A DNA stretch of 38,613 nt from an uncultured Clostridia bacterium (GTDB taxonomy: Bacteria; Bacillota; Clostridia; TANB77; CAG-508), in NCBI GenBank assembly GCA_947625545.1, contig CANQOW010000003.1:1-38613 (forward strand), read 5' to 3'. The notes under the pieces are model-generated. The model made no database searches. It saw only the letters and a list, made by a program, of their open reading frames with translations, and was not told where the DNA came from. The position numbers and the translations under genes were made by a program. Each line of letters opens with the position of its first letter. Position 1 is the first letter of the stretch. Positions 20,611 through 33,088 of the stretch are shown here, piece by piece.

Positions 20611-23433
20611 ATGAACGATAAAATAGTTATTAAGGGAGCAAAAGAACATAATTTAAAAAATATAAATTTGGAAATACCAAGAGATAAATTAGTAGTAATA
20701 ACAGGACTTTCAGGTTCAGGGAAATCTTCACTTGCATTTGATACACTATATGCAGAAGGTCAAAGAAGATATGTAGAAAGTTTATCTGCCTATGCAAGAC
20801 AATTTTTAGGATTAATGGAAAAACCTGATGTAGAAAGTATTACAGGACTTTCACCTGCAATATCAATAGACCAAAAAACTACATCTAAAAATCCACGTTC
20901 AACAGTTGGAACAGTTACAGAAATATATGATTATATACGTTTGCTTTATGCAAGAATTGGTGTACCATATTGTCCAAATTGTGGTAAAAAAATAGAAAAA
21001 CAATCTTTAGACCAAATTGTAGATAATATAATGGAATTAGAAGAAGGAACAAAAATACAAGTTTTAGCACCTATAATTAGAGGAAGAAAAGGAGAATTTG
21101 TTAAATTATTACAAGGTTATTCAAAAGAAGGTTTTGTACGTGCAAGAGTTGATGGTAATGTAGTAGAATTAACAGATGATTTAGATATAGATAGAAAGAA
21201 AAAGCATAATATTGAAATAGTAATAGATAGATTAGTTATAAAACCAGAAATTAGAAATAGACTTGCAGAATCTATTGAAATTGCCTTAAAAAATGCAAAC
21301 AATGTAGTATTAGTAGATATAGTTGGAAAAGAAGAAAAATTATATAGTTGTAATTATGCTTGCCCAGATTGTGGAATAAGTATTGAGGAACTTACACCAA
21401 GAATGTTTTCATTTAACAATCCATTTGGAGCATGTCCAACATGTACAGGTATAGGTTATTTAATGAAAATGGACGAAGATTTAATTATTCCAGATAAAAA
21501 TAAAACTTTATATGATGGAGTAAAAGCATTTGGTGCAAGTACTATGAAAAAAACAGAAACAATGGCTAAAATGTATTTTGAAAGTATTGGTAGACATTAT
21601 GGTGTAGATATATCTAAAAAAATTAAAGATTTACCAAGAGAGTTTTTAGATAAAATATTATATGGTACAGGAAATGAAAAAATAGATTTTGAATATGAAA
21701 GTTCAAGTGGAATAAGAAAATTCACATGTCCATTTGAAGGGGTAATTCCAACATTAGAAAGAAGATATGCTGAAACAAAATCACCAGGAATGAAAGAATT
21801 TTATGAATTATACATGAGTGATAGTGATTGCCCTACATGTAAAGGTGCAAGATTAAGAAAAGAAAGTTTATCTGTAAAAGTAGGAGATAAAAATATTAAT
21901 GAACTTACAGATATGCCAATTAATAAAATAAAAGACTTTATAAACAATTTAAAACTTACAAAAACAGAAGAAATGATAGCAGACCAAATTTTTAAAGAAT
22001 TAAATAAAAGATTACAATTTTTAATGGATGTTGGTCTTGAATATTTAACATTATCAAGAAGCGCAGGCACACTTTCAGGAGGAGAAGCACAACGTATTAG
22101 ACTTGCAACACAAATTGGTTCAAGTTTAACAGGTGTGTTATATATATTAGACGAGCCAAGCATAGGACTTCATCAAAGAGATAATGATAAATTAATAGCA
22201 ACTTTAAAAAAATTAAGAGATTTAGGAAATACAGTTTTAGTTGTAGAACATGATGAAGATACAATGTATGCAGCAGACCAAATAATAGATATAGGACCAG
22301 AAGCTGGTGTAAATGGTGGTAGAGTTATGGCACAAGGTACAGCAGAAGAAATAAAATTAGTGCCAAATTCTATTACAGGACAATATTTAAGTGGAAGAAA
22401 GAAAATTGCTGTTCCTAAACAAAGAAGAAAAGTAAGTAAAAAGTGTATAGAGGTTATAGGAGCAACTGAAAATAATTTAAAAAATATAAATGTTAAATTT
22501 CCATTAGGTGTATTTACTTGTGTTACAGGTGTTTCTGGCTCAGGTAAAAGTACTCTTGTAAATGAAATACTTTATAAAACACTTGCAAGAGATATTTATG
22601 GTTCACGTGAAAAACCAGGTAAATGCAAAGAAATAAAGGGAGTAGAAAACATAGATAAAATAATAAATATAGACCAATCTCCAATTGGAAGAACACCACG
22701 TTCAAATCCTGCAACATATACAGGAGTATTTGATATGATTAGAGATATTTTTGCTACAACAAATGAAGCAAAATTAAGAGGATATCAAAAAGGTAGATTT
22801 AGTTTTAATGTTCCAGGTGGTAGATGTGAGGCATGCTCAGGTGATGGTATATTAAAAATTGAAATGCACTTTTTACCAGATATTTATGTACCATGCGAAG
22901 TTTGTAATGGAAAAAGATATAATAAAGAAACATTAGAAGTAAAATATAAAGGAAAAACAATTGCAGATGTTTTAGATATGACTGTTGATGAGGCATTAGT
23001 ATTTTTTGAAAATGTACCTAGAATTAAAAGTAAAATACAAACATTAAGTGATGTAGGATTAGGATATATAAAATTAGGACAACCATCAACTACATTATCT
23101 GGTGGAGAAGCACAACGTGTAAAATTAGCAACAGAATTATCAAAAAAAGCAACTGGAAAAACTTTATATATTTTAGATGAGCCAACAACTGGTTTACACA
23201 TGGCAGATGTTCATAAATTAATTGATATATTACAAAGATTAGTAGATACAGGAAATAGCATAATAGTAATAGAGCATAATCTAGATTTAATAAAAACTTG
23301 TGATTATATAATAGATTTAGGACCAGAAGGTGGAGATAATGGAGGAACAATAATTCAAGTTGGAACACCAGAGCAAGTAGTGAAAAATGAAAGGTCTTAT
23401 ACTGGAAAATTTTTAAAGAAATATTTAGAATAA
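20611..23433 (+). CDS. uvrA: Excinuclease ABC subunit A
   Basis: GAKEHNLKN, two Walker A motifs ([16 protein letters not shown]), two LSGGEAQR, zinc fingers; likely start ATG 20611. Confidence 0.99.
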   Translation: MNDKIVIKGAKEHNLKNINLEIPRDKLVVITGLSGSGKSSLAFDTLYAEGQRRYVESLSAYARQFLGLMEKPDVESITGLSPAISIDQKTTSKNPRSTVGTVTEIYDYIRLLYARIGVPYCPNCGKKIEKQSLDQIVDNIMELEEGTKIQVLAPIIRGRKGEFVKLLQGYSKEGFVRARVDGNVVELTDDLDIDRKKKHNIEIVIDRLVIKPEIRNRLAESIEIALKNANNVVLVDIVGKEEKLYSCNYACPDCGISIEELTPRMFSFNNPFGACPTCTGIGYLMKMDEDLIIPDKNKTLYDGVKAFGASTMKKTETMAKMYFESIGRHYGVDISKKIKDLPREFLDKILYGTGNEKIDFEYESSSGIRKFTCPFEGVIPTLERRYAETKSPGMKEFYELYMSDSDCPTCKGARLRKESLSVKVGDKNINELTDMPINKIKDFINNLKLTKTEEMIADQIFKELNKRLQFLMDVGLEYLTLSRSAGTLSGGEAQRIRLATQIGSSLTGVLYILDEPSIGLHQRDNDKLIATLKKLRDLGNTVLVVEHDEDTMYAADQIIDIGPEAGVNGGRVMAQGTAEEIKLVPNSITGQYLSGRKKIAVPKQRRKVSKKCIEVIGATENNLKNINVKFPLGVFTCVTGVSGSGKSTLVNEILYKTLARDIYGSREKPGKCKEIKGVENIDKIINIDQSPIGRTPRSNPATYTGVFDMIRDIFATTNEAKLRGYQKGRFSFNVPGGRCEACSGDGILKIEMHFLPDIYVPCEVCNGKRYNKETLEVKYKGKTIADVLDMTVDEALVFFENVPRIKSKIQTLSDVGLGYIKLGQPSTTLSGGEAQRVKLATELSKKATGKTLYILDEPTTGLHMADVHKLIDILQRLVDTGNSIIVIEHNLDLIKTCDYIIDLGPEGGDNGGTIIQVGTPEQVVKNERSYTGKFLKKYLE

Positions 23434-23439
23434 TTTTTA

Positions 23440-23468
23440 TTGACATTTTTTATTACTTTGTATAAAAT
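23440..23468 (+). promoter_or_regulatory. SigA-type promoter of the pilin-like gene
   Basis: TTGACA-N17-TAAAAT. Confidence 0.65.
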
Positions 23469-23505
23469 ATATTTGAAACGTACTAATGATTTGGAGGAAA
23501 TTAAA

Positions 23506-24825
23506 ATGTATAATTTTAAAAAAGAAAAAGGTATTACATTAGTTTCTTTAATAATTACAGTAATAATTTTATTAATACTATCTTCAGTAGTAATGTATAA
23601 TGTAACTAATGATGATGGTTTAATGTCTGCTGTTAAAGATGAAAAAAATTTAATAAATGAAACAGATGCTAAACAAACTGTAGAAATTGCAATTGAAAAA
23701 TTAAAAATTGAAAGTGATGATAATATTGAGCAATTTATAGAAAAATTAAAAACAGAATTACAAAAAGAAGATACTAAAGCAAAAGTTACTATAAATAGCA
23801 AAGATGAAAATATGTATGATGTAACCTTTAAAGGTTATAAATATAGTTATTATTATTATACAGACCAAACAAGAACTATAACAGGAAGAATGCCAGCTTA
23901 TTATAACCCTATTATCCCAAAAGGTTTTGATATATTAGAAACAGAAGATGCTAGTTGGGAAGTAGTAGAAGATGAAAATTTAGGTAAAATTGTTAAAGGT
24001 TGGAATGATGGTCTTGTAATACAAGATAGATATGGAAATGAATTTGTTTGGGTACCAGTAGATGGAACAGATGTAAAATATGAGAAAAAAATTTATTCAA
24101 ACAATGAAGCTAGAGTAACAAATTTATCTGTTTTGAGTGAATCAGTTTTACCAAATAATATTGATGAAGAAGAACAAATAAAAAAATATGGTGGATTTTA
24201 TATAGCAAGATATGAAGCAGGAATAAATGAGAATACAACAGATAGTAAAATGAAAAACGCATTAAAAACTGCAAGCATGGACGCAAGAAATATAGAAGGT
24301 ATTCCTGTTAGTAAAAAAAATCAAGTACCATGGAATTTTATAGATTATGGTAATGCAAAGAAAAACTCTGAAAATATGTATAAAACGCAATATGTGCAAA
24401 GTGTTTTAGTTACAGGTAATATGTGGGATACAATATTAAAATGGTTAGAAAATGATGGAGTAAATGTAGAAACAGGAAGTAATGAATGGGGAAACTTTAT
24501 AAATTCTACTATACCAGGTATAACAGAATATTCAACAGATGATGGAGCAACATGGCAAAAAGTAAATCAAACAATAAAAGGAACGTCTGATATTTGGTTA
24601 TTAAAAACAGGGCATACTGATTATACAAAAAGAAAAAATATATATGATATTTCAGGAAATTTGTGGGAATGGACAAATGAAGTTTATAATACTTCTAATT
24701 ACATTGATCGTGGAGGGTGCAATTTTCAATTGAGCACAGATTTTTTTCCAGGTTGTCGTTGGCATAGTGGAGGAGAATACTATACGGGTGGTTTAACATT
24801 TAGAGTAGCATTATATGTTAAATAA
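23506..24825 (+). CDS. Type IV pilin-like protein with C-terminal FGE-sulfatase/C-type-lectin-like domain (candidate DGR target)
   Basis: ATG 23506 after GGAGG; KKEKG|ITLVSLIITVIILLIL class III signal; GNEFVWVPV, GGFYIARYEAG, NIYDISGNLWEWT...RGG...R...FRVALY. Confidence 0.8.
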   Translation: MYNFKKEKGITLVSLIITVIILLILSSVVMYNVTNDDGLMSAVKDEKNLINETDAKQTVEIAIEKLKIESDDNIEQFIEKLKTELQKEDTKAKVTINSKDENMYDVTFKGYKYSYYYYTDQTRTITGRMPAYYNPIIPKGFDILETEDASWEVVEDENLGKIVKGWNDGLVIQDRYGNEFVWVPVDGTDVKYEKKIYSNNEARVTNLSVLSESVLPNNIDEEEQIKKYGGFYIARYEAGINENTTDSKMKNALKTASMDARNIEGIPVSKKNQVPWNFIDYGNAKKNSENMYKTQYVQSVLVTGNMWDTILKWLENDGVNVETGSNEWGNFINSTIPGITEYSTDDGATWQKVNQTIKGTSDIWLLKTGHTDYTKRKNIYDISGNLWEWTNEVYNTSNYIDRGGCNFQLSTDFFPGCRWHSGGEYYTGGLTFRVALYVK

Positions 24826-24964
24826 AACGCACAAAACGCACATTGGGGACGTTAAAAACGTGCAATTTTAGAATATAGAATATGCAAAAGAAAATGTAAA
24901 AATTTTGTGTAAAATAAAAATAAATGCATTATATTACAAATACATTACAAATATATTACATAGT

Positions 24965-24997
24965 AAGAGTACCAAAAACCTTGGTACTCTTGTTTTT
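24965..24997 (+). terminator. Intrinsic terminator
   Basis: AAGAGTACCAA / TTGGTACTCTT then GTTTTT. Confidence 0.75.
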
Positions 24998-25123
24998 AAA
25001 AAGAAATATTACAAAAAAATAAAAAATCTACATAAAAAGGTTTAAAAATAAATATTTAAGTAACATAAAATTTTAAATTATTTAAACGTTCATAAGTGGA
25101 AAAAAATAAACCTTAATTTATAA

Positions 25124-25153
25124 CTATTCACAAAGTTATCCACATTATCCACA
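25124..25153 (+). promoter_or_regulatory. DnaA-box cluster
   Basis: CTATTCACA 25124-25132, TTATCCACA 25136-25144, TTATCCACA 25145-25153. Confidence 0.8.
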
Positions 25154-25249
25154 CACATTAAAAATAACAAAAAAATATAAATAACATTTTACATAAAAAA
25201 ACATATACTAATATTAGAATAATTTGTACTAAAAAGGAAAGAAAATAAA

Positions 25250-25606
25250 ATGAAATTTAATAATATTAGTAAAACAATTTACAACATAATAATTAATGGT
25301 ATAAAGAGCCAAAATAATAGATGTACAGTAAGCTTTAAAGAATTAAATGAAATAATAAAAAACAACAATAAAGTTGTACTTTTAGATGTAAGAAGTAGAC
25401 AAGAATATAATGAAGGACATTTAAATGGTGCTATTAATATACCATTATCAGAAATAAAAATGAATGCGGATAAATATTTAAATTATGATGATACAATAAT
25501 AACATACTGCCAAATGGGTTCAAGAAGTAAAAAAGCAGTTAATATATTAAATAAATTAGGATATAATAATGTGCAAACATTAGAAGGTGGATTAGAAGGA
25601 ATTTAA
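25250..25606 (+). CDS. Rhodanese-like domain protein
   Basis: LLDVR..EY..GHL.GAINIP, YCQMGSRS, LEGG. Confidence 0.92.
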   Translation: MKFNNISKTIYNIIINGIKSQNNRCTVSFKELNEIIKNNNKVVLLDVRSRQEYNEGHLNGAINIPLSEIKMNADKYLNYDDTIITYCQMGSRSKKAVNILNKLGYNNVQTLEGGLEGI

Positions 25607-25612
25607 AAATTT

Positions 25613-25645
25613 AAAATAAATACCAAATAGGTATTTATTTTTTTT
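25613..25645 (+). terminator. Terminator-like hairpin
   Basis: AAAATAAATACC / GGTATTTATTTT plus T-run. Confidence 0.6.
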
Positions 25646-25693
25646 GAAATATTATATATAATATAGAAATAAAAAAGTAATGGAGGAAATAAA

Positions 25694-26287
25694 ATGAACT
25701 TAGCAAATAAACTTACAATATTTAGAGTAATATTAGTACCAATAATGGTAATAATACCATTTTTCAACATACAAGGAGAATTTTTAAATATACCAATTAC
25801 ATATTGGTTAATAAACATTATATTTTGTATAGCATCATTAACAGATAAATTAGATGGATATATAGCACGTTCTAAAAATCAAATAACCACATTTGGAAAA
25901 TTTTTAGACCCTATTGCAGATAAAATACTTGTATTATCCGCAATGTTAATGTTATTAGAAATGAATAAATTACCTGCATGGATACCAATAATAGTTATAA
26001 CAAGGGAATTTGTTGTATCTGGTTATAGATTAGTTGCAGTTACAAAAGGTGGAGAAGTTATAGCAGCATCAATTTGGGGTAAACTAAAAACAGTAACACA
26101 AATGATTGCAGTAATACTTGCATTTACAGATATAAATGCTTATGGAGCCTTTTTAAATGGTAATTTACAAGGATATAGTTTAATTTTAAATATATTTGCA
26201 ACAGGAATAATGTTCATATCTGTAATAGCAACAATATTTTCTGGTTGGGATTATGTTAAAAATGGAAAGAATTTATTTAAAGATTAA
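25694..26287 (+). CDS. pgsA: CDP-diacylglycerol--glycerol-3-phosphate 3-phosphatidyltransferase
   Basis: NLANKLTIFR, TDKLDGYIAR...FGKFLDPIADK, GKLKT. Confidence 0.96.
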   Translation: MNLANKLTIFRVILVPIMVIIPFFNIQGEFLNIPITYWLINIIFCIASLTDKLDGYIARSKNQITTFGKFLDPIADKILVLSAMLMLLEMNKLPAWIPIIVITREFVVSGYRLVAVTKGGEVIAASIWGKLKTVTQMIAVILAFTDINAYGAFLNGNLQGYSLILNIFATGIMFISVIATIFSGWDYVKNGKNLFKD

Positions 26288-26290
26288 TAA

Positions 26291-28315
<2,025 letters not shown>

Positions 28316-28378
28316 TAGATAAAAGAAGAGAATAAATTAAATTTAAAAATAATTTATGTCTTGAAAGGAATGAATTTA

Positions 28379-28612
28379 ATGGAAAAAGATTATACTTTTA
28401 AAAACTTTTGGTATGATTTAGATAGAGGCTATCAAATTTATTACACATATTTAGATAATAGATATTTAATATCTAAACTTACAAAAAATTGTTATTCACA
28501 GGAATTAATAACTGAAAAGAAAAAGAGTCCACATCCTAAAATTACAATGCTTACATTAAAAAGAGTTAAAGAATTATTTGATTTTATGGAAGATATTGAA
28601 TACAAAATTTAA
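28379..28612 (+). CDS. Hypothetical protein (77 aa)
   Basis: RBS AAAGGA before ATG 28379; typical codon usage; no recognised motif. Confidence 0.65.
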   Translation: MEKDYTFKNFWYDLDRGYQIYYTYLDNRYLISKLTKNCYSQELITEKKKSPHPKITMLTLKRVKELFDFMEDIEYKI

Positions 28613-28700
28613 AAAATGTATTGTAAATATTTAAAAAATTGATATAATAAATAAAAAAGTAAAAGCAATATAAATTGCTAAAATAAAATTGGAGGTTTTT

Positions 28701-29837
28701 ATGGTAAAAAAAGTTGCAATATTAGCAAATGGTGGAGATGTTTCAGGATTTAATGCAGTTATAAGGGGAATCGTTAAAACAGCTGAAAAACATGGAGTAG
28801 AATGTTACGGATTTATTGATGGATATAGAGGATTATTAAAAAATGAATTTGTAAGATTAGATAATTCAGAAATTTCATCAGGAATTCTTCAAAAAGGAGG
28901 TTCAATTATTGGTTCTTCTACAAATGCAAACGTATTTAATTATAAAGTAGAAGAAAATGGACAAGTTGTTTATAAAGACTTATCAGAACAATGTGTTCAA
29001 AATATAAAAAATAATGGATTTGATTGTATATTTACATTAGGAGGAGATGGAACACAAAAATCTGCAAGAGATTTTTCTGTAAGAGGTGTAAATGTAATTG
29101 GTGTTCCAAAAACAATAGATAATGATGTTGCATGTACAGATATAACTTTTGGATATAACACAGCAGTATCTGTTGCAACAGATGCATTAGACAGATTACA
29201 CACAACAGGTGAAACACATCATAGAATAATGGTCTTAGAAGTTATGGGAAGATATGCAGGTTGGATAGCATTAGAATCAGCAATATCAGGTGGAGCAGAT
29301 ATAGCATTAATTCCAGAGATTCCTTATGATATAAATAAAGCAGTAGAAAAAATTAATGAAAGAATTGCAAAAGGAAAAAGATTTAGTATAGTAGTTGTTG
29401 CAGAAGGAGCAATGCCAAAAGGTGGAGATATTACAATAGAAGGTATGAGAGATAATGGAAAAGGAGTTGATAATACAAAACTTGGTGGTGTTGGAGATAG
29501 AGTTGCAAAAGAATTACAAAACTTAACAGGATTAGAAGCAAGAAACACAACACTTGGATATATGCAAAGAGGAGGAACACCAACTGCATTTGATAGAGTT
29601 CTTTCAACTAAATATGGTTCAAAAGCAATGGAACTTGCAATAGAAGGAAGATTTGGTGTACTAGCAGTTCTAAAAAATGGAAAATTAGATAGTGTTTCAT
29701 TAGAAGACGTTGTTGGGAATAATAAAGAAATAGGTGCAGTATCTGGAAATACTGCTGAAAGTAATTTAAGAAAAGTTTCTATGGATGATGATTTAGTTAA
29801 AACTGCAAGAAATATTGGAATTTGTTTAGGAGATTAA
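28701..29837 (+). CDS. pfkA: 6-phosphofructokinase (PfkA family, probably ATP-dependent group III type)
   Basis: GGDGT (Gly, ATP-type), PKTIDND, EVMGRYAGW, LGYMQRGG; extended -10 TGATATAAT at 28640-28648. Confidence 0.92.
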   Translation: MVKKVAILANGGDVSGFNAVIRGIVKTAEKHGVECYGFIDGYRGLLKNEFVRLDNSEISSGILQKGGSIIGSSTNANVFNYKVEENGQVVYKDLSEQCVQNIKNNGFDCIFTLGGDGTQKSARDFSVRGVNVIGVPKTIDNDVACTDITFGYNTAVSVATDALDRLHTTGETHHRIMVLEVMGRYAGWIALESAISGGADIALIPEIPYDINKAVEKINERIAKGKRFSIVVVAEGAMPKGGDITIEGMRDNGKGVDNTKLGGVGDRVAKELQNLTGLEARNTTLGYMQRGGTPTAFDRVLSTKYGSKAMELAIEGRFGVLAVLKNGKLDSVSLEDVVGNNKEIGAVSGNTAESNLRKVSMDDDLVKTARNIGICLGD

Positions 29838-29866
29838 TTGACAACTAAAAAATATAGTAGTATAAT
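29838..29866 (+). promoter_or_regulatory. Consensus SigA promoter
   Basis: Perfect TTGACA-N17-TATAAT. Confidence 0.85.
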
Positions 29867-29938
29867 AATGATACTAATTAAATATATTTATAAAAGAAGT
29901 AAAAAAGCAATATTATTTGCTTGAATGGAGGTTTTATA

Positions 29939-30703
29939 ATGGAAGAAAATAATGAAAATAGTACAGAAGAAATAAAAGATGCTGTACCATCAAACAACGA
30001 AAATGTAGAAGCAACACAAGGAAAAGAAGAAACTGAAACTAACAAAAAAATTGATACTGACGAATTAAAAAAAGAGACAACAGACACAATTAATGAGGTT
30101 AAATCAAAAGTAAAAAATGTAGACATCAAAAAAGAAAGCAAAGAAACAACAAATTTTGTAGTAGACTTTGTAAAAAATCCAATAGGAAAAATCAAAGAAA
30201 TTGCAGATAATACAGAAAATAAATACTTTATTACAGCAATTTTCATTGTAGTTATATGGGCAATATTAATCGCTATTTCAACAATATCTGGATATTCACA
30301 TTTCTTCAAATATAATTTTGGAGACCATATACTTACAGTAATTAAAGCAATTATAGCACCAGTATTAGGAATAATTGTTATAGCTCTAATTGCATTAATG
30401 ATGAATAAAGAAAATAAGAAAACATTAATTACAAATATTAGCACAATTACAGCAACAAAAATACCATTATTTTTAGCAGCAATAGTTAATTTATTAAAAA
30501 TTTTTAAATTAAGAGATACAACTATTATAACTGCATTTTCATCTTTCTGCACAGTAATTTCAACAGTTTTATTATACTTTGGATTAAAAGAATTATTTGG
30601 AGCAAAAGAAGATGAAAAATTTATTAAAAAATTCTTAATAATTGAAGCAATATTCTATGTTGCATATTTTGTAATATCATTCTTAGGAATTTATATAAAA
30701 TAA
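29939..30703 (+). CDS. Membrane protein with charged N-terminus and about 5 TMs (Yip1-like topology)
   Basis: ATG 29939 after GGAGG; acidic N-terminus, FVKNP, five hydrophobic segments. Confidence 0.75.
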   Translation: MEENNENSTEEIKDAVPSNNENVEATQGKEETETNKKIDTDELKKETTDTINEVKSKVKNVDIKKESKETTNFVVDFVKNPIGKIKEIADNTENKYFITAIFIVVIWAILIAISTISGYSHFFKYNFGDHILTVIKAIIAPVLGIIVIALIALMMNKENKKTLITNISTITATKIPLFLAAIVNLLKIFKLRDTTIITAFSSFCTVISTVLLYFGLKELFGAKEDEKFIKKFLIIEAIFYVAYFVISFLGIYIK

Positions 30704-30721
30704 AATGAATAAATTTAAAAG

Positions 30722-30761
30722 AAATCACTTAAACTAATTTAAAGGTTTAGGTGATTTTTTT
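30722..30761 (+). terminator. Terminator hairpin overlapping the next gene's RBS
   Basis: AAATCACTTAAAC / GTTTAGGTGATTT plus T-run. Confidence 0.7.
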
Positions 30762-31035
30762 GTTCAATAAAAAATTAGATAAAAAAATTGATGAATTAAA
30801 TAATAATTTTGCAAAAGCAAATTTAGAAGAAATATCTTATATATTAGGAAGTAAATTAGAAATTGTAAAAAGAAATTTATTAGCAGGAATTTTACGAGGC
30901 ATAGGAATTGGAATTGGTTTTACAATAATAACTGCAATTATTTTAATTATTTTAAGAAGAATAGTTATGCTAAATATACCAGTAATTGGAGAATATATAG
31001 GTGATATTGTGGATATAATTGAAAAATCTAGATAA
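30760..31035 (+). CDS. DUF5665-like small membrane protein
   Basis: NLLAGILRGIGIGIGFTII...NIPVIGEYI.DIV pattern; TTG 30760 follows AGGTGA (GTG 30751 is an alternative start). Confidence 0.75.
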   Translation: MFNKKLDKKIDELNNNFAKANLEEISYILGSKLEIVKRNLLAGILRGIGIGIGFTIITAIILIILRRIVMLNIPVIGEYIGDIVDIIEKSR

Positions 31036-31142
31036 AAAACTTGATTTTTATATTTCTTATGTTTATAATATATATGTTTTAACAAAAATAAAAATAAATG
31101 CATATTATAAAATTGATTAAAAAATTTTTGGGAGGGTAAAAA

Positions 31143-32549
31143 GTGGAATATAAAAATGATAAATTAGAAAAATTTAATGAAAGTGTTAAAAACAAAAATA
31201 TTGCAATTATAGGTTTAGGTGTAAGTAATATTCCTCTTTTAGATTATTTCTATAACCTAGGTTCAAAAGTTACAGTTTTTGATAATAGAGAACAAGATAA
31301 AATTCCAGAAGAAATAATTAAAAAATTAAATACATATTCTTTTAAATATGAATTTGGAAAAGATAATCTTACAAAATTAAATGGATTTGATATAATATTT
31401 AGATCACCAAGTTGTATGCCAAATATTCCAGAATTAGAAAAAGCAGTTCAAAATGGAGCAAAATTAACATCAGAAATAGAAATGTTAATGGAATTATGTC
31501 CGGGTACAATTATAGGAGTTACCGGAAGTGATGGAAAAACAACTACAACAAGTTTGATATATGAAATTTTAAAAGAAAATGGATATAGGTGCTTTTTAGG
31601 AGGAAATATTGGATACCCATTATTTACAAAAATAAATGAAATGACACCTGATGACATAATAGTATTAGAATTAAGTAGTTTTCAATTAATGAATATGAAA
31701 ATTAGTCCTAAAATATCTGTAATAACAAATATAAGTCCAAATCACCTAAATGTTCATTCTAGTTATGAAGAATATATTGAGGCAAAGAAAAACATATTTA
31801 AATATCAAGATGAAGATGGAATAGTAGTTTTAAATTATGATAATGAAATTACAAGAAATTGTGCAAAAGAGGCAAATGGAAAGGTTATATTTTTTAGTTC
31901 AAAAGAAAAAATTGCAAATGGATTTATTGTAGATAATAATATTATAAAAGAAAGCAAGGAAGCAATAAGAAGACATATACTAGATGTAAATGATATAAAA
32001 CTAAAAGGAATGCATAATTACGAAAATATATGTGCAGCATTAGGTGCAACAAGTTCTTTAGTTGATATAGATTTATCTTCACAAACAATTAAAAACTTCA
32101 AAGGTGTTGAACACAGATTAGAATTTATAAAAGAAATAGATGGAGTAAAATGGTATAATGATTCAATAGGAACAAGTCCTACAAGAACAATAGCAGGATT
32201 AAATTCATTTAAAGAAGATATAATTTTAATTGCAGGTGGATATGATAAAAATTTAGATTATACACCGATTGCAAAACCAATTTTAGAAAAAGTAAAAGGC
32301 TTAATATTAATAGGTCAAACTGCTGGAAAGATTTTTAATGCAGTAAAACAAGAAGCAGAAAATCAAAATAAAAAAATTGATACATATATATGTGAAACCT
32401 TAGAAGATACAGTAAAAATGGCTAAAAAAATTGCAAAAAAAGGTCAAATTGTATTATTTTCCCCTGCAAGTGCAAGTTTTGATATGTTTAAAAATTTTGA
32501 AGAACGTGGAAATAAGTTCAAAAGCATAGTAAACAATATTAGTGAATAA
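31143..32549 (+). CDS. murD: UDP-N-acetylmuramoyl-L-alanine--D-glutamate ligase
   Basis: GVTGSDGKTTT, GGNIG, ELSSFQL, HRLE, NDS, SPASASFDMFKNFEERG. Confidence 0.97.
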   Translation: MEYKNDKLEKFNESVKNKNIAIIGLGVSNIPLLDYFYNLGSKVTVFDNREQDKIPEEIIKKLNTYSFKYEFGKDNLTKLNGFDIIFRSPSCMPNIPELEKAVQNGAKLTSEIEMLMELCPGTIIGVTGSDGKTTTTSLIYEILKENGYRCFLGGNIGYPLFTKINEMTPDDIIVLELSSFQLMNMKISPKISVITNISPNHLNVHSSYEEYIEAKKNIFKYQDEDGIVVLNYDNEITRNCAKEANGKVIFFSSKEKIANGFIVDNNIIKESKEAIRRHILDVNDIKLKGMHNYENICAALGATSSLVDIDLSSQTIKNFKGVEHRLEFIKEIDGVKWYNDSIGTSPTRTIAGLNSFKEDIILIAGGYDKNLDYTPIAKPILEKVKGLILIGQTAGKIFNAVKQEAENQNKKIDTYICETLEDTVKMAKKIAKKGQIVLFSPASASFDMFKNFEERGNKFKSIVNNISE

Positions 32550-32625
32550 ATAAAAATTTTTCGTTAAAAATATATAAAGAGATATTAAATAATCTTATAT
32601 AATTTTAATGAAAGGTTGAAAATTT

Positions 32626-33069
32626 ATGAAAGTAAAAGAATGTATGAGTTTAGATGTATGTTGTTGTTGTCCAAGTGATACTGTTTGTGATGTAGCAAAA
32701 AAAATGAGTGAAAGACATGTTGGTTGTATGCCTGTATGTGATGAAAGCAAAAATATTGTAGGCTTAGTTACAGATAGAGATATTATATTAAGAAGTATTG
32801 CTTGCGATAAAGATGCAAAAGAGACACCTATTAGTGAAATAATGACTACTAGTGTTTGTTGTTGTAATACAGATTCTGATGTATCTGAAGCAACAAAATT
32901 AATGTCTGATTTACAAATAAGAAGAATACCTGTTGTTGAAAATAATAAAATAGTAGGTATGTTAACAGTAGGAGATTTAGCAAATCATAAAAAAGTAAGT
33001 GCAAAAGAAGTTTCAGATACAGTAGAAAGTATTTGTAATTGTAGTTGCAATGCAAAAAATGCAGAATAA
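32626..33069 (+). CDS. CBS-domain protein (YhcV-like), Cys-rich
   Basis: Two CBS repeats: GLVTDRDI, QIRRIPVV...GMLTVGDLA. Confidence 0.9.
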   Translation: MKVKECMSLDVCCCCPSDTVCDVAKKMSERHVGCMPVCDESKNIVGLVTDRDIILRSIACDKDAKETPISEIMTTSVCCCNTDSDVSEATKLMSDLQIRRIPVVENNKIVGMLTVGDLANHKKVSAKEVSDTVESICNCSCNAKNAE

Positions 33070-33088
33070 AAATAAAAAGTAATATTTA

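Noticed and set aside
24826-25249. Possible oriC
   Set aside because: Only about three DnaA boxes, no dnaA/dnaN/rpmH context, and no strand switch in gene orientation.
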